From: a virus
Virus record (IMG/VR): IMGVR_UViG_3300048928_000047
Length of the DNA: 64,000 bases
Strand: one strand, 5' to 3'
Positions within the stretch are counted from its first letter, which is position 1, and every line of letters starts with the position of its first letter. Positions 52,474 to 59,282 of this stretch are shown in pieces. The position numbers and the translations under genes are program-made. The notes beneath the pieces are model-generated. The model searched no databases and was not told the origin of the DNA. It was given only the letters and a program-made list of their open reading frames with translations.

Positions 52474-53598
52474 GTGTCATACACAATTTATGGTGATATC
52501 GCAGTAGTGGACAAAGAGGCAGGTGTGAAGAGCGAAACTCTCCCTGCTGGTTTCTGGACAGTGAGCCGTGATCCACTGGGTAACTACTTCCTTAGTCGTG
52601 GGGATTTGACAGGTGTACCAAGCGTCCTGTATGGTGAAACAGAGAAACGTGCCTCGCACATCATCTCCACCTACAAGCGTCGTGCGGAGCAGGGCAAGAA
52701 CACAGGTGTTCTCTTGTCCGGCACAAAGGGTAGCGGTAAAACCATGCTGGCTAAGGTGATTAGCCGTAAACTTGCCGCCGAAGGTTTGCCAGTTATTATG
52801 GTAACGCAAGCGTATAGCGATGCCAATTTCATTGAACTGATGAGCAAGATTGCAGAGAAAGCAATTGTCATCTTCGATGAGTTTGACAAAGTGTACGAAA
52901 AGAAACAGGATCAGGAAGCACTGTTAACCCTTCTGGATGGTACAGGCAGTGGTAACAAGCTGTTTATCCTGACGAAGAATAGCGGCTTCATCTCCGAGTT
53001 CTTTATCAACCGTCCAAGCCGTATCTTCTACAGCTTCAACTATGATAAGATCTCCCTGGAGACAATGCTTGATTATCTTGATAAGAATCTCGATGATAAA
53101 GAGCATCAGGCAAGCTTCCAGCGCCTGTGGGATGTGAGTTTAGAACTCTCCTTTGATGTGATTCAAGGCATCGTGGAAGAGCTTAACTTCTACAAAGACA
53201 TGACCTTCAAAGCATGTCTGGATATGATGGGTATTTCCCTGGGCGGTGAAGCCAAGTGGGATATCAGCAATATCACCGTGAACGGTAAGCTGGCAGAAGT
53301 GAACTGGGTTAGCAACTGGCATGGATTCAATCCAATGTCATTCCTGAGTGGTATCAAAACCCTCGATGTTTATCTGCGTCCGGCAACGCAGGATAATCAG
53401 GAAGCATTCGAAGAATGTTCCGCAGTCATCATTGATGATGAAGGTGATCCACGCATTCACCTGAACGCCACGAAGTGGAAGACAGACCTGATTGCAGGTG
53501 GTAAACTGGTTGTGTATAGCGATGAACCAGGCGACAGCTTCCGTGTGGTACTGGAACCAAGCACAACGCGAAGCGCAAACCTGTCACTGATTATGTGA
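52474..53598 (+). CDS. AAA+ ATPase (paralogue B)
   Basis: GTG start with AAGGGGG SD. Walker A GTKGSGKT, Walker B AIVIFDEFDK. Paralogue of 34865-36025. Confidence 0.8.
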   Translation: MSYTIYGDIAVVDKEAGVKSETLPAGFWTVSRDPLGNYFLSRGDLTGVPSVLYGETEKRASHIISTYKRRAEQGKNTGVLLSGTKGSGKTMLAKVISRKLAAEGLPVIMVTQAYSDANFIELMSKIAEKAIVIFDEFDKVYEKKQDQEALLTLLDGTGSGNKLFILTKNSGFISEFFINRPSRIFYSFNYDKISLETMLDYLDKNLDDKEHQASFQRLWDVSLELSFDVIQGIVEELNFYKDMTFKACLDMMGISLGGEAKWDISNITVNGKLAEVNWVSNWHGFNPMSFLSGIKTLDVYLRPATQDNQEAFEECSAVIIDDEGDPRIHLNATKWKTDLIAGGKLVVYSDEPGDSFRVVLEPSTTRSANLSLIM

Positions 53599-53603
53599 CA
53601 CCT

Positions 53604-53621
53604 AAGCCCCGAAAGGGGCTT
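53604..53621 (+). terminator. rho-independent terminator AAGCCCC-GAAA-GGGGCTT
   Basis: 7-bp stem with GAAA loop, followed by TCTTC. 6 nt after the ATPase stop. Confidence 0.65.
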
Positions 53622-53639
53622 TCTTCATATGGAGGAATT

Positions 53640-53870
53640 ATGATTACCCAAGCAGAAAAACAGAAACTATTAGCACTAATTGAAAATTGCTGTGTCTACG
53701 AAGGGCAGGTGGCACTGTGGGATCATTTACGTCCCACACAGATTGATCCTGCAAGCCGTGACTTAGTGACGAGTAATTACGAACGCTCTCTCAAGAATGC
53801 TGATCAAGCAGGGCAAGCACTGATTGCCTTTATCGAAGAGATTACGGAGAAACCTGATGAAACTGACTAA
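53640..53870 (+). CDS. hypothetical protein
   Basis: Start moved to MITQAEKQK (GGAGGAA SD), downstream of the terminator hairpin. Confidence 0.5.
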   Translation: MITQAEKQKLLALIENCCVYEGQVALWDHLRPTQIDPASRDLVTSNYERSLKNADQAGQALIAFIEEITEKPDETD

Positions 53871-54081
53871 AGAACAGATGTTTGATTTTATCCTTAACAA
53901 TGTGGTTACTATCCTCCCAGGCGGAGGTTGGTGGACTCGCCATGACGAGGAAGGGAATGTTATCCAACGGTATCAGAATAAATACACCGTGAGTATCAAT
54001 GAAACAGGTATGTGCGGAATGGATCTCGAAGAAGCCATCCAATACTACCACGACAACTACGGAGATAAGAATGAAGTTTGA
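53857..54081 (+). CDS. hypothetical protein
   Basis: Start moved to MKLTKEQMF (GGAGAA SD). Overlaps the upstream stop. Confidence 0.5.
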   Translation: MKLTKEQMFDFILNNVVTILPGGGWWTRHDEEGNVIQRYQNKYTVSINETGMCGMDLEEAIQYYHDNYGDKNEV

Positions 54082-54688
54082 TAATCTAATCGTGGTTGGT
54101 ATGCGGGACAAAGTACCAGAAGGGTTTAAGGTGGTCAACACTACCAGCCGTGATAAAGAAGGATACGGACAGCAGCTTAGCCCGTTCTACCTGCGTGATA
54201 TACCGATGTATGGTGGTATCGTAGCCAAGAATATGGAAAACGCCTGGCAATTTAGTAAGGTGTACGAAGAGCACGTAGATGAGAACGGTGATCCAACCGA
54301 GGCGTATTACGCATGGGCGCGAGCAGGTTGGGCTAACTGGAGAGCAGAACGCTACCCTATGGGTAAAGGCAGAAATCCTCTGTATAGTGTCTGGGATGGC
54401 AAGAAACTGGATTACATCACTGCCCGTCGAAACCTGTACTTCCCAATGTACGCTCGTGCAGTGGTGCAAACAGCTACATTCAAAGACCTATGGAAACGGG
54501 TTAATGATGGTGAGAAGATTGCACTGTTAGACTTTGACGGTTATCACTACCAGGAGTTAGGTATGGATTATTACGATGTAATTCATGCTGAGGATAAGAA
54601 GTGTGGTCACGGGTTTGTCATCTACGGATTAATTCAAAGAGAACTAATTCTAAGTGGCGACCGACTTTTCCTGCCGATGTTAGGCTAA
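54071..54688 (+). CDS. NADAR (YbiA/DUF1768)-superfamily-like protein
   Basis: Start moved to MKFDNLIVVG (GGAGATAAGA SD). QLSPFYL...NMENAWQFSKVY parallels YbiA FSNF...SEHYFQAQKF. KKCGHGFVIYGLIQ parallels G.N.LG..LM. Similarity judged from memory only. Confidence 0.4.
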   Translation: MKFDNLIVVGMRDKVPEGFKVVNTTSRDKEGYGQQLSPFYLRDIPMYGGIVAKNMENAWQFSKVYEEHVDENGDPTEAYYAWARAGWANWRAERYPMGKGRNPLYSVWDGKKLDYITARRNLYFPMYARAVVQTATFKDLWKRVNDGEKIALLDFDGYHYQELGMDYYDVIHAEDKKCGHGFVIYGLIQRELILSGDRLFLPMLG

Positions 54689-54915
54689 CCTGATATTATC
54701 CGATATTTTAAAAATTTTCGTTTTTAGAATAAGGGGTGTGGGGTTCAATATTTCGGAGCCTCACCTCCAGCACACCGTTAAATCCAGAAAGACAGATTGA
54801 AGTTCTTCGCACCATATTTAAATAAATTTCTAACCAATCTTGTAAGTTATTGTAATAACTTAGGAATCTATTTTCATCTCAATCAGAATAATATTTAAGT
54901 CAAGTTTGAAAGCAA

Positions 54916-55125
54916 CTCCCAAATTATTTAAAACTTTTCTCCAAGTTTCTGGATAAATATTGCAAACCAAAATTTAAAATTTCTCTGAATTATTTAAAAC
55001 TTTTCTGCATCTTATCACAGAAAAATCCAAAACCAAAATTTAAAATTTTCAAAAAATTCCCCAATTATTAAAAGTTTTTGAACTTTTCGATCTGCATTTT
55101 TCCAAAAGCAAAATTTAAAATTCTC
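54916..55125. repeat. three tandem 66-75-bp AT-rich repeats
   Basis: Motif AATTATTTAAAACTTTTCT at 54922 and 54988, with a variant at 55063. Motif CCAAAATTTAAAATTT at 54967, 55033 and 55108. Spacings are 66 and 75 bp. No ORF. Confidence 0.75.
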
Positions 55126-55140
55126 AAAAATTTGCGGGAT

Positions 55141-55240
55141 GAGCATGATAAGCATTCTCATTTGCAATTGATAATCATTCTCGTTTAAAAAGTTGAATGA
55201 GAATCATTCTCATGTACAGATCGGAATGAGACTCATTCGC
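55141..55240. promoter_or_regulatory. array of four Fur-box-like palindromes
   Basis: 19-mers at 55141, 55164, 55193 and 55222 (GAGCATGATAAGCATTCTC, GCAATTGATAATCATTCTC, TTGAATGAGAATCATTCTC, CGGAATGAGACTCATTCGC). They match GATAATGATAATCATTATC at 15, 15, 14 and 12 of 19 positions (hand count). Spacing 23, 29 and 29 bp. Confidence 0.45.
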
Positions 55241-55468
55241 ATTTGTGATTTGTGGAATGACGGGCAGGTCCGGTGATTGTCTCGCCAGCCCCGTTCCCCT
55301 GTCCATGTATACATAATAACACAACCAAATCACGACGCAAGCACTTTATTCAATCTTTACAAAACTTTTTTGAGACGAGCTACCGGCGATCCACCTTCCA
55401 ACCAGTGCCCTGGTATGTTAGCCCCGCCTTTTCGCCGTGGGGTGGCGTGTCCTCTTCTTTATGTGATG

Positions 55469-55498
55469 AGTATAGCCCGACTTGCGCCAGGCTGTCAA
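55469..55498 (-). promoter_or_regulatory. leftward early-type promoter with no obvious ORF downstream
   Basis: Minus strand: TTGACA (55498-55493), 18-nt spacer, TATACT (55474-55469). Then CATCACATAAAG, the initial sequence shared with the rightward promoters at 58362, 62523 and 63080. Confidence 0.5.
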
Positions 55499-55500
55499 CA

Positions 55501-55770
55501 CTATTCTTTATCTTTTTGTGCGTCCAAGACACCACGCCAGAAAGATATCCGATCAGGTCGATAAGAGCATGACCGATAGGCAGCGCCGCAAATATCCACC
55601 ACGGCAAGCCGTAGCGCCTTTACGCCGTGATCGTAGGCTATCCGATTAGATACAGGGGAAGAATGAAGGTTTAACACTTCCAGGACGGTTAGCCCCGTTT
55701 CGCTTGCTACCTGGTGAACGGTTCCACCTTGCCAGCCTAAAACCTGCATCAATCTTTCTGTATTGGTCAT
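55501..55770 (-). CDS. small early protein (GWQGGTVHQV motif)
   Basis: GAGGAT SD. Own promoter and leader hairpin (55788-55841). The C-terminal third overlaps an alternative frame (55380-55607) that encodes a TM helix, so the true 3' end is uncertain. Confidence 0.5.
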   Translation of the reverse strand: MTNTERLMQVLGWQGGTVHQVASETGLTVLEVLNLHSSPVSNRIAYDHGVKALRLAVVDICGAAYRSCSYRPDRISFWRGVLDAQKDKE

Positions 55771-55787
55771 TGTTCGATCCTCGTTAT

Positions 55788-55841
55788 GCCTCCACCGTGG
55801 CGGCTTGATAACTACTATATACTAATGAAGGGAAAACGCAA
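55788..55841 (-). promoter_or_regulatory. leftward early promoter plus leader hairpin
   Basis: Minus strand: TTGCGT (55841-55836), 16-nt spacer, TATAGT (55819-55814). Then ATCAAG plus GC hairpin GCCGCCA-CGG-TGGAGGC (55804-55788). Confidence 0.5.
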
Positions 55842-56080
55842 GAAAAAATTTTCGTGATTTAGGCTCCCAGGTGATCGAAAAATTTTGCTCGCAAGTTTCA
55901 GGATCTCGATTTTTTCAGCTAACGAGTTTTACCAGGTCGAAAAATTTTTGTAACGAGTTTTACGTAAGAGGAAAATTTCCGAAACGAGATCCACCTAATC
56001 GAAAAAATTTTGTGGGAACTCCCAGGTGAAAAAATTTTTTATTTTTCAATCACCAGGGAAATATATATAAAAAATTTTAT
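55840..56080. repeat. array of about 8 phased A(n)T(n) tracts / ~31-bp iterons
   Basis: A5-6T4-6 tracts centred near 55848, 55882, 55912 (inverted), 55945, 55975, 56007, 56035 and 56074. Flanking words recur: CCCAGGTG, CAGGTCG, AACGAG. The array ends 10 nt before the -35 at 56090. Confidence 0.7.
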
Positions 56081-56089
56081 GAGTGGTAG

Positions 56090-56118
56090 TTGACAGCATA
56101 GTGGCGGCGATCTAATAT
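56090..56118 (+). promoter_or_regulatory. first rightward early promoter
   Basis: TTGACA 56090-56095, 17-nt spacer, TAATAT 56113-56118. Confidence 0.65.
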
Positions 56119-56169
56119 TACTACACAAGGCGAGGCGATAGGCGCACCGCATACCAGGAAGAAAAGAAA

Positions 56170-56373
56170 ATGGCAACATTACACGTAGTAGTAACTAACG
56201 AAACAATCAAAGTGATCGTGAACGGTTTTTGTGAGAAGGAAGAGGAAAACGATTTCAACGGCTATTGCATTATATCCGCTTTCCTTGATTCCCTGGTGGA
56301 AATGTGCGTGATCACTCATGAGCAGCGCGAAGCGAAGATCAACCGCCTGAAAAAAGTTTTAGATATTGAATAA
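56170..56373 (+). CDS. early small protein
   Basis: 67 aa. First ORF after the 56090 promoter. Confidence 0.55.
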   Translation: MATLHVVVTNETIKVIVNGFCEKEEENDFNGYCIISAFLDSLVEMCVITHEQREAKINRLKKVLDIE

Positions 56374-56379
56374 AAGCGC

Positions 56380-56441
56380 TTGACAGATTCATCCAGTAAC
56401 GTATAATTCACTTCATAGGCGGCGGGAATGGTTCCCGCGCC
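56380..56441 (+). promoter_or_regulatory. early promoter plus conserved leader hairpin (copy 1)
   Basis: TTGACA 56380-56385, 16-nt spacer, TATAAT 56402-56407. Hairpin GGCGGCGGGAATGGTTCCCGCGCC at 56418-56441. Confidence 0.7.
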
Positions 56442-56462
56442 AAATTAAAGAGAGATAACCAA

Positions 56463-56996
56463 ATGTCTGATATCATTGAAACTTTCAACTTTTCCCGTAA
56501 CAACATTGATTTCACTGTTAACGTTGTATGTGCTTACACGTTTGACCAGTTCGGGGATCAGTGGAAAATGACAGACACGCACGAGGGCGGCGTAACTATT
56601 ACTAACCCTGATGCAGATCGCAATAGCTTTAAATATGCTATCCCTCAGCAGTATACGCTGGCAGAACTCACGGCAGACTATGCGAAAGCAGGACGTGCTA
56701 ACCCGTCCCGTGAAGCTTACGAAAGTTTACAGCGTCAATTAGCGCGTGACATTACCGCCAATGACTACTATTTCACGGTTGACGCTACCGCCGGATCTCA
56801 TACCCTGTTAGACGGTGAAGTAGTATGTTGCGGTTTTGATTATTCCTACGATGATGAAGGATCACTCTTAGACACGGCAGAAGAGATCTGGAAAGCGCAC
56901 GGCGGTGAAGAGGACGCAATTGAAGCCGCGATCAGTGCAGCGCGTGATCTCCTGGATGGTGTAGACGTGTTGAAAAGTATTGTTGAAAACGTCTAA
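56463..56996 (+). CDS. early acidic protein
   Basis: 177-aa ORF after promoter/hairpin copy 1. Confidence 0.6.
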   Translation: MSDIIETFNFSRNNIDFTVNVVCAYTFDQFGDQWKMTDTHEGGVTITNPDADRNSFKYAIPQQYTLAELTADYAKAGRANPSREAYESLQRQLARDITANDYYFTVDATAGSHTLLDGEVVCCGFDYSYDDEGSLLDTAEEIWKAHGGEEDAIEAAISAARDLLDGVDVLKSIVENV

Positions 56997-57002
56997 ATAG
57001 TG

Positions 57003-57031
57003 CTTGACCATAGCCCCGAAAGGGGCTATCA
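57003..57031 (+). promoter_or_regulatory. early promoter with a perfect hairpin in the spacer
   Basis: TTGACC 57003-57008, 17-nt spacer, TATCAT 57026-57031. ATAGCCCC-GAAA-GGGGCTAT (57009-57028) fills the spacer, so it may also terminate the upstream unit. Confidence 0.55.
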
Positions 57032-57062
57032 TTCCCCTACACCAACAGAAGAGAGTAAGAAA

Positions 57063-57311
57063 ATGGAAAGAGCAATTATCGGTAATATCGGAATCCATAA
57101 AGAAAACTTTTTCATTACTGATTTTATTGATGCGCCTTTATGGTGGCATGAGCGCGGCAGGCAGAAAACCGCGAGCGGCTACGGTACAAAAATTGAGACA
57201 CGCAATAAAGTCAAGTATAAAGGGCGCTTGCGCCGTGTTTATTGTGACGTGTACAGCAATTCCGGTTATTGCTACATTATCGTGAAAGGTGAAAAAATTA
57301 CGGTACGATAG
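57063..57311 (+). CDS. early small protein
   Basis: Start moved to MERAIIGN, downstream of the 57003 promoter. 82 aa. Confidence 0.55.
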   Translation: MERAIIGNIGIHKENFFITDFIDAPLWWHERGRQKTASGYGTKIETRNKVKYKGRLRRVYCDVYSNSGYCYIIVKGEKITVR

Positions 57312-57371
57312 TTGACAAGGCCCAGGAATGGGGCTAATATTATCTCAAAGGGCGGGAATGGTTCCCGCGCC
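57311..57371 (+). promoter_or_regulatory. early promoter plus leader hairpin (copy 2; one extra G in the loop)
   Basis: TTGACA 57311-57316, 17-nt spacer, TAATAT 57334-57339. Hairpin GGGCGGGAATGGGTTCCCGCGCC at 57349-57371. Confidence 0.7.
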
Positions 57372-57390
57372 TCCTCAAAGGTGAAAGATT

Positions 57391-57537
57391 ATGAAACAAC
57401 GTGTAATGAAAATCCACACCAACACCGGATCAACCGTTGTAACTCCCTCCCGTTTCGCTATCGCGAGCCGTTGCGCCCGTTTGAAACGTGAGTTAAAATC
57501 TAACCAGGGCGCGGGGTTTACCAGATGGGGGAAATAA
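57391..57537 (+). CDS. 48-aa basic protein (not in ORF track)
   Basis: MKQRVMKIHTNTGSTVVTPSRFAIASRCARLKRELKSNQGAGFTRWGK. It is the only ORF placed correctly after promoter/hairpin copy 2. Confidence 0.5.
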   Translation: MKQRVMKIHTNTGSTVVTPSRFAIASRCARLKRELKSNQGAGFTRWGK

Positions 57538-57544
57538 TAACGTA

Positions 57545-57805
57545 ATGAAACCATTGTTTCTAAACTGTAAAGGCGAGGTTATCGCCTTTATGGATTCAAC
57601 AGCCTACGATCTCGCACGATATGCAATGACGTTTAAAGAAAACGTTTACAAGCGGAGCGGGGGCGGGTATACTATCTTTAATCACCGTAACGCCGAAGTA
57701 AAGGACGTTACAAAGGTTGAGATCGGGAAGTATCGGATCGGGTGGCTACCTTCAAAAGATGCGGGGAGCCTTTACCGTGTATGCGAGTTAGTAACGAGGG
57801 GTTAA
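57545..57805 (+). CDS. early small protein
   Basis: 86-aa ORF. Confidence 0.5.
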   Translation: MKPLFLNCKGEVIAFMDSTAYDLARYAMTFKENVYKRSGGGYTIFNHRNAEVKDVTKVEIGKYRIGWLPSKDAGSLYRVCELVTRG

Positions 57806-57808
57806 CCT

Positions 57809-58357
57809 ATGGGGCGTGAGCATGTTATTCAATCGTGGGTTAAACATGACGAGGATGATTGGCGGGTGATACCGCCTGATCTCCTGGATGACGCAAGCGG
57901 CTACAGTGGCGAGCAAGTGGGGCAGCGCGTAGCGCGTAACAACGGGAACACGGCGATCCGCGCCACGGTTCCAGGTTGGCTACCAAATGGACAGGCAGAC
58001 ATTGCAGGGGCGGCAGATCCGGCAGATGACGCGAAAGGCGATCCCCTGCTGATGGTAGATCCGGCGTTTAAAACGCTGTTAGAGTACCCTGGGAAGGTCG
58101 CAGCGCTTACGAAAACATATGAGGCGGGAAAGATGCCTGAGAGCCTTTATCGTAGCGCCTTGCGAGTCCTGGACGTGAAAGCAGACAAGGCGCAGCGCAA
58201 GATCGATAAGCTGGCGGGATCTGTACTCCTGGAGGAAGAGAACGCGCCGGAGGAAGAGCCGGAGCTTGATCCGGTAGTCCTGGAAGAGGACGCGATCACG
58301 CCGTATCATCCGACACCGGAAGAGGCAGCGCAAGCCCTACGAAATTATTTTAAATAA
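57809..58357 (+). CDS. early acidic protein
   Basis: 182 aa. Acidic C-terminal half (EEENAPEEEPELDPVVLEED). Confidence 0.55.
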   Translation: MGREHVIQSWVKHDEDDWRVIPPDLLDDASGYSGEQVGQRVARNNGNTAIRATVPGWLPNGQADIAGAADPADDAKGDPLLMVDPAFKTLLEYPGKVAALTKTYEAGKMPESLYRSALRVLDVKADKAQRKIDKLAGSVLLEEENAPEEEPELDPVVLEEDAITPYHPTPEEAAQALRNYFK

Positions 58358-58361
58358 GGGG

Positions 58362-58420
58362 TTGACAAGCGCCCAGGAGGGGGCGCATAATTCATCACAT
58401 AGGGCGGCAATGATGCCGAC
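58362..58420 (+). promoter_or_regulatory. early promoter (GC palindrome in spacer) plus variant leader hairpin
   Basis: TTGACA 58362-58367, 18-nt spacer, CATAAT 58386-58391. Spacer palindrome GCGCCC...GGGCGC. Leader TCATCACATAGG plus CGGCA-ATGA-TGCCG (58405-58418). Confidence 0.65.
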
Positions 58421-58437
58421 ACCAAAGAGGATGTACC

Positions 58438-58641
58438 ATGTTAAAAGTTTTCATAGTGACAAGTAACGATGATAAATATGTTGAATATCGTTTGACTATC
58501 ATCGCGAAGAGTGAAGAGCAAGCGCTCAAAATGGCGGCGACCTATACGCAAAAAGAGATCACCGATCTGGAGGTTATCGAATCGGCAGACGTGGATCAGG
58601 TTGGCATTGTTGACAATTCTATAATTTTCTACGGGGTGTAA
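58438..58641 (+). CDS. early small protein
   Basis: 67-aa ORF after the 58362 promoter. Confidence 0.55.
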   Translation: MLKVFIVTSNDDKYVEYRLTIIAKSEEQALKMAATYTQKEITDLEVIESADVDQVGIVDNSIIFYGV

Positions 58642-58643
58642 TT

Positions 58644-58757
58644 ATGTTAATCAAAAAGGCAAACAGTCCGATCACTGGTTTAATCAATGCTCTGATCCTG
58701 GCGGTTCCTGCGTGGGCGATGATTGCGCTTGTTTACGTTACCTTAACCCGCTTTTAA
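58644..58757 (+). CDS. 37-aa single-TM peptide (not in ORF track)
   Basis: MLIKKANSPITGLINALILAVPAWAMIALVYVTLTRF. Starts 2 nt after the upstream stop. Confidence 0.4.
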   Translation: MLIKKANSPITGLINALILAVPAWAMIALVYVTLTRF

Positions 58758-58774
58758 ATTATCGCAAAATTAGC

Positions 58775-58836
58775 TTGACAGCAGATTAAATCAGGCGTAA
58801 ATTACTAATCAAGGCGGCGGGAATGGTTCCCGCGCC
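58775..58836 (+). promoter_or_regulatory. early promoter plus leader hairpin (copy 3)
   Basis: TTGACA 58775-58780, 17-nt spacer, TAAATT 58798-58803. Hairpin at 58813-58836 is identical to copy 1. Confidence 0.7.
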
Positions 58837-58858
58837 ACACCAAAGAGAGAGAAACATC

Positions 58859-59020
58859 ATGATCCCAATGACTACCCGTGAAGCCGCTCGCAACGTAGCC
58901 CGTAAAGTTAACGCCGTTGCACCTGCTAAACTTAAAGCACCAGTAAAAGGCGCAGACGGTTGGATCTTCCCTGGCTTGTCTCATGCCGATAACAAAGGCA
59001 CTTTGAGCCTGAAAAAATAA
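58859..59020 (+). CDS. 53-aa basic early protein
   Basis: Start moved to MIPMTTREAARN, downstream of hairpin copy 3. Confidence 0.5.
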   Translation: MIPMTTREAARNVARKVNAVAPAKLKAPVKGADGWIFPGLSHADNKGTLSLKK

Positions 59021-59022
59021 AG

Positions 59023-59059
59023 TTGACTTTTCGTTATGCCGCGCTAAAATAGGCGGCAT
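59023..59059 (+). promoter_or_regulatory. class-II promoter cassette
   Basis: TTGACT 59023-59028, 16-nt spacer, TAAAAT 59045-59050. The -10 lies in the loop of ATGCCGC...GCGGCAT (59036-59059). Followed by AGAGAAGAGAAACC. Confidence 0.6.
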
Positions 59060-59093
59060 AGAGAAGAGAAACCAAAAACCAGGAGCCAACGAA

Positions 59094-59282
59094 ATGCGCC
59101 ATTTAACAAATGATCCTAACCGTTCCCATGTTATCAGTATGAGTAACGGGCAAACCGTAACATGTTATGATCATTCAGATGAAAGCATTGTTGAGTTAAC
59201 GCAACGTTACTATGAAGGAAAGTATAATCTCAATTGCTCAATAGTAAATAAAGCAGGTGAAGAAATTTATAAAACCCGTTGA
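59094..59282 (+). CDS. early small protein
   Basis: 62 aa. AGGAG SD. Its TGA stop lies inside the next TTGACT -35 box. Confidence 0.55.
   Translation: MRHLTNDPNRSHVISMSNGQTVTCYDHSDESIVELTQRYYEGKYNLNCSIVNKAGEEIYKTR

Noticed and set aside
55273-55572. Plus-strand ORFs 55273-55572 and 55277-55564 in the GC-rich part of the control region
   Set aside because: They overlap each other in two frames, have no SD or promoter, and give Pro/Arg/Cys-rich translations. They run antisense to a gene and a promoter with good signals. The region is treated as non-coding on the plus strand.
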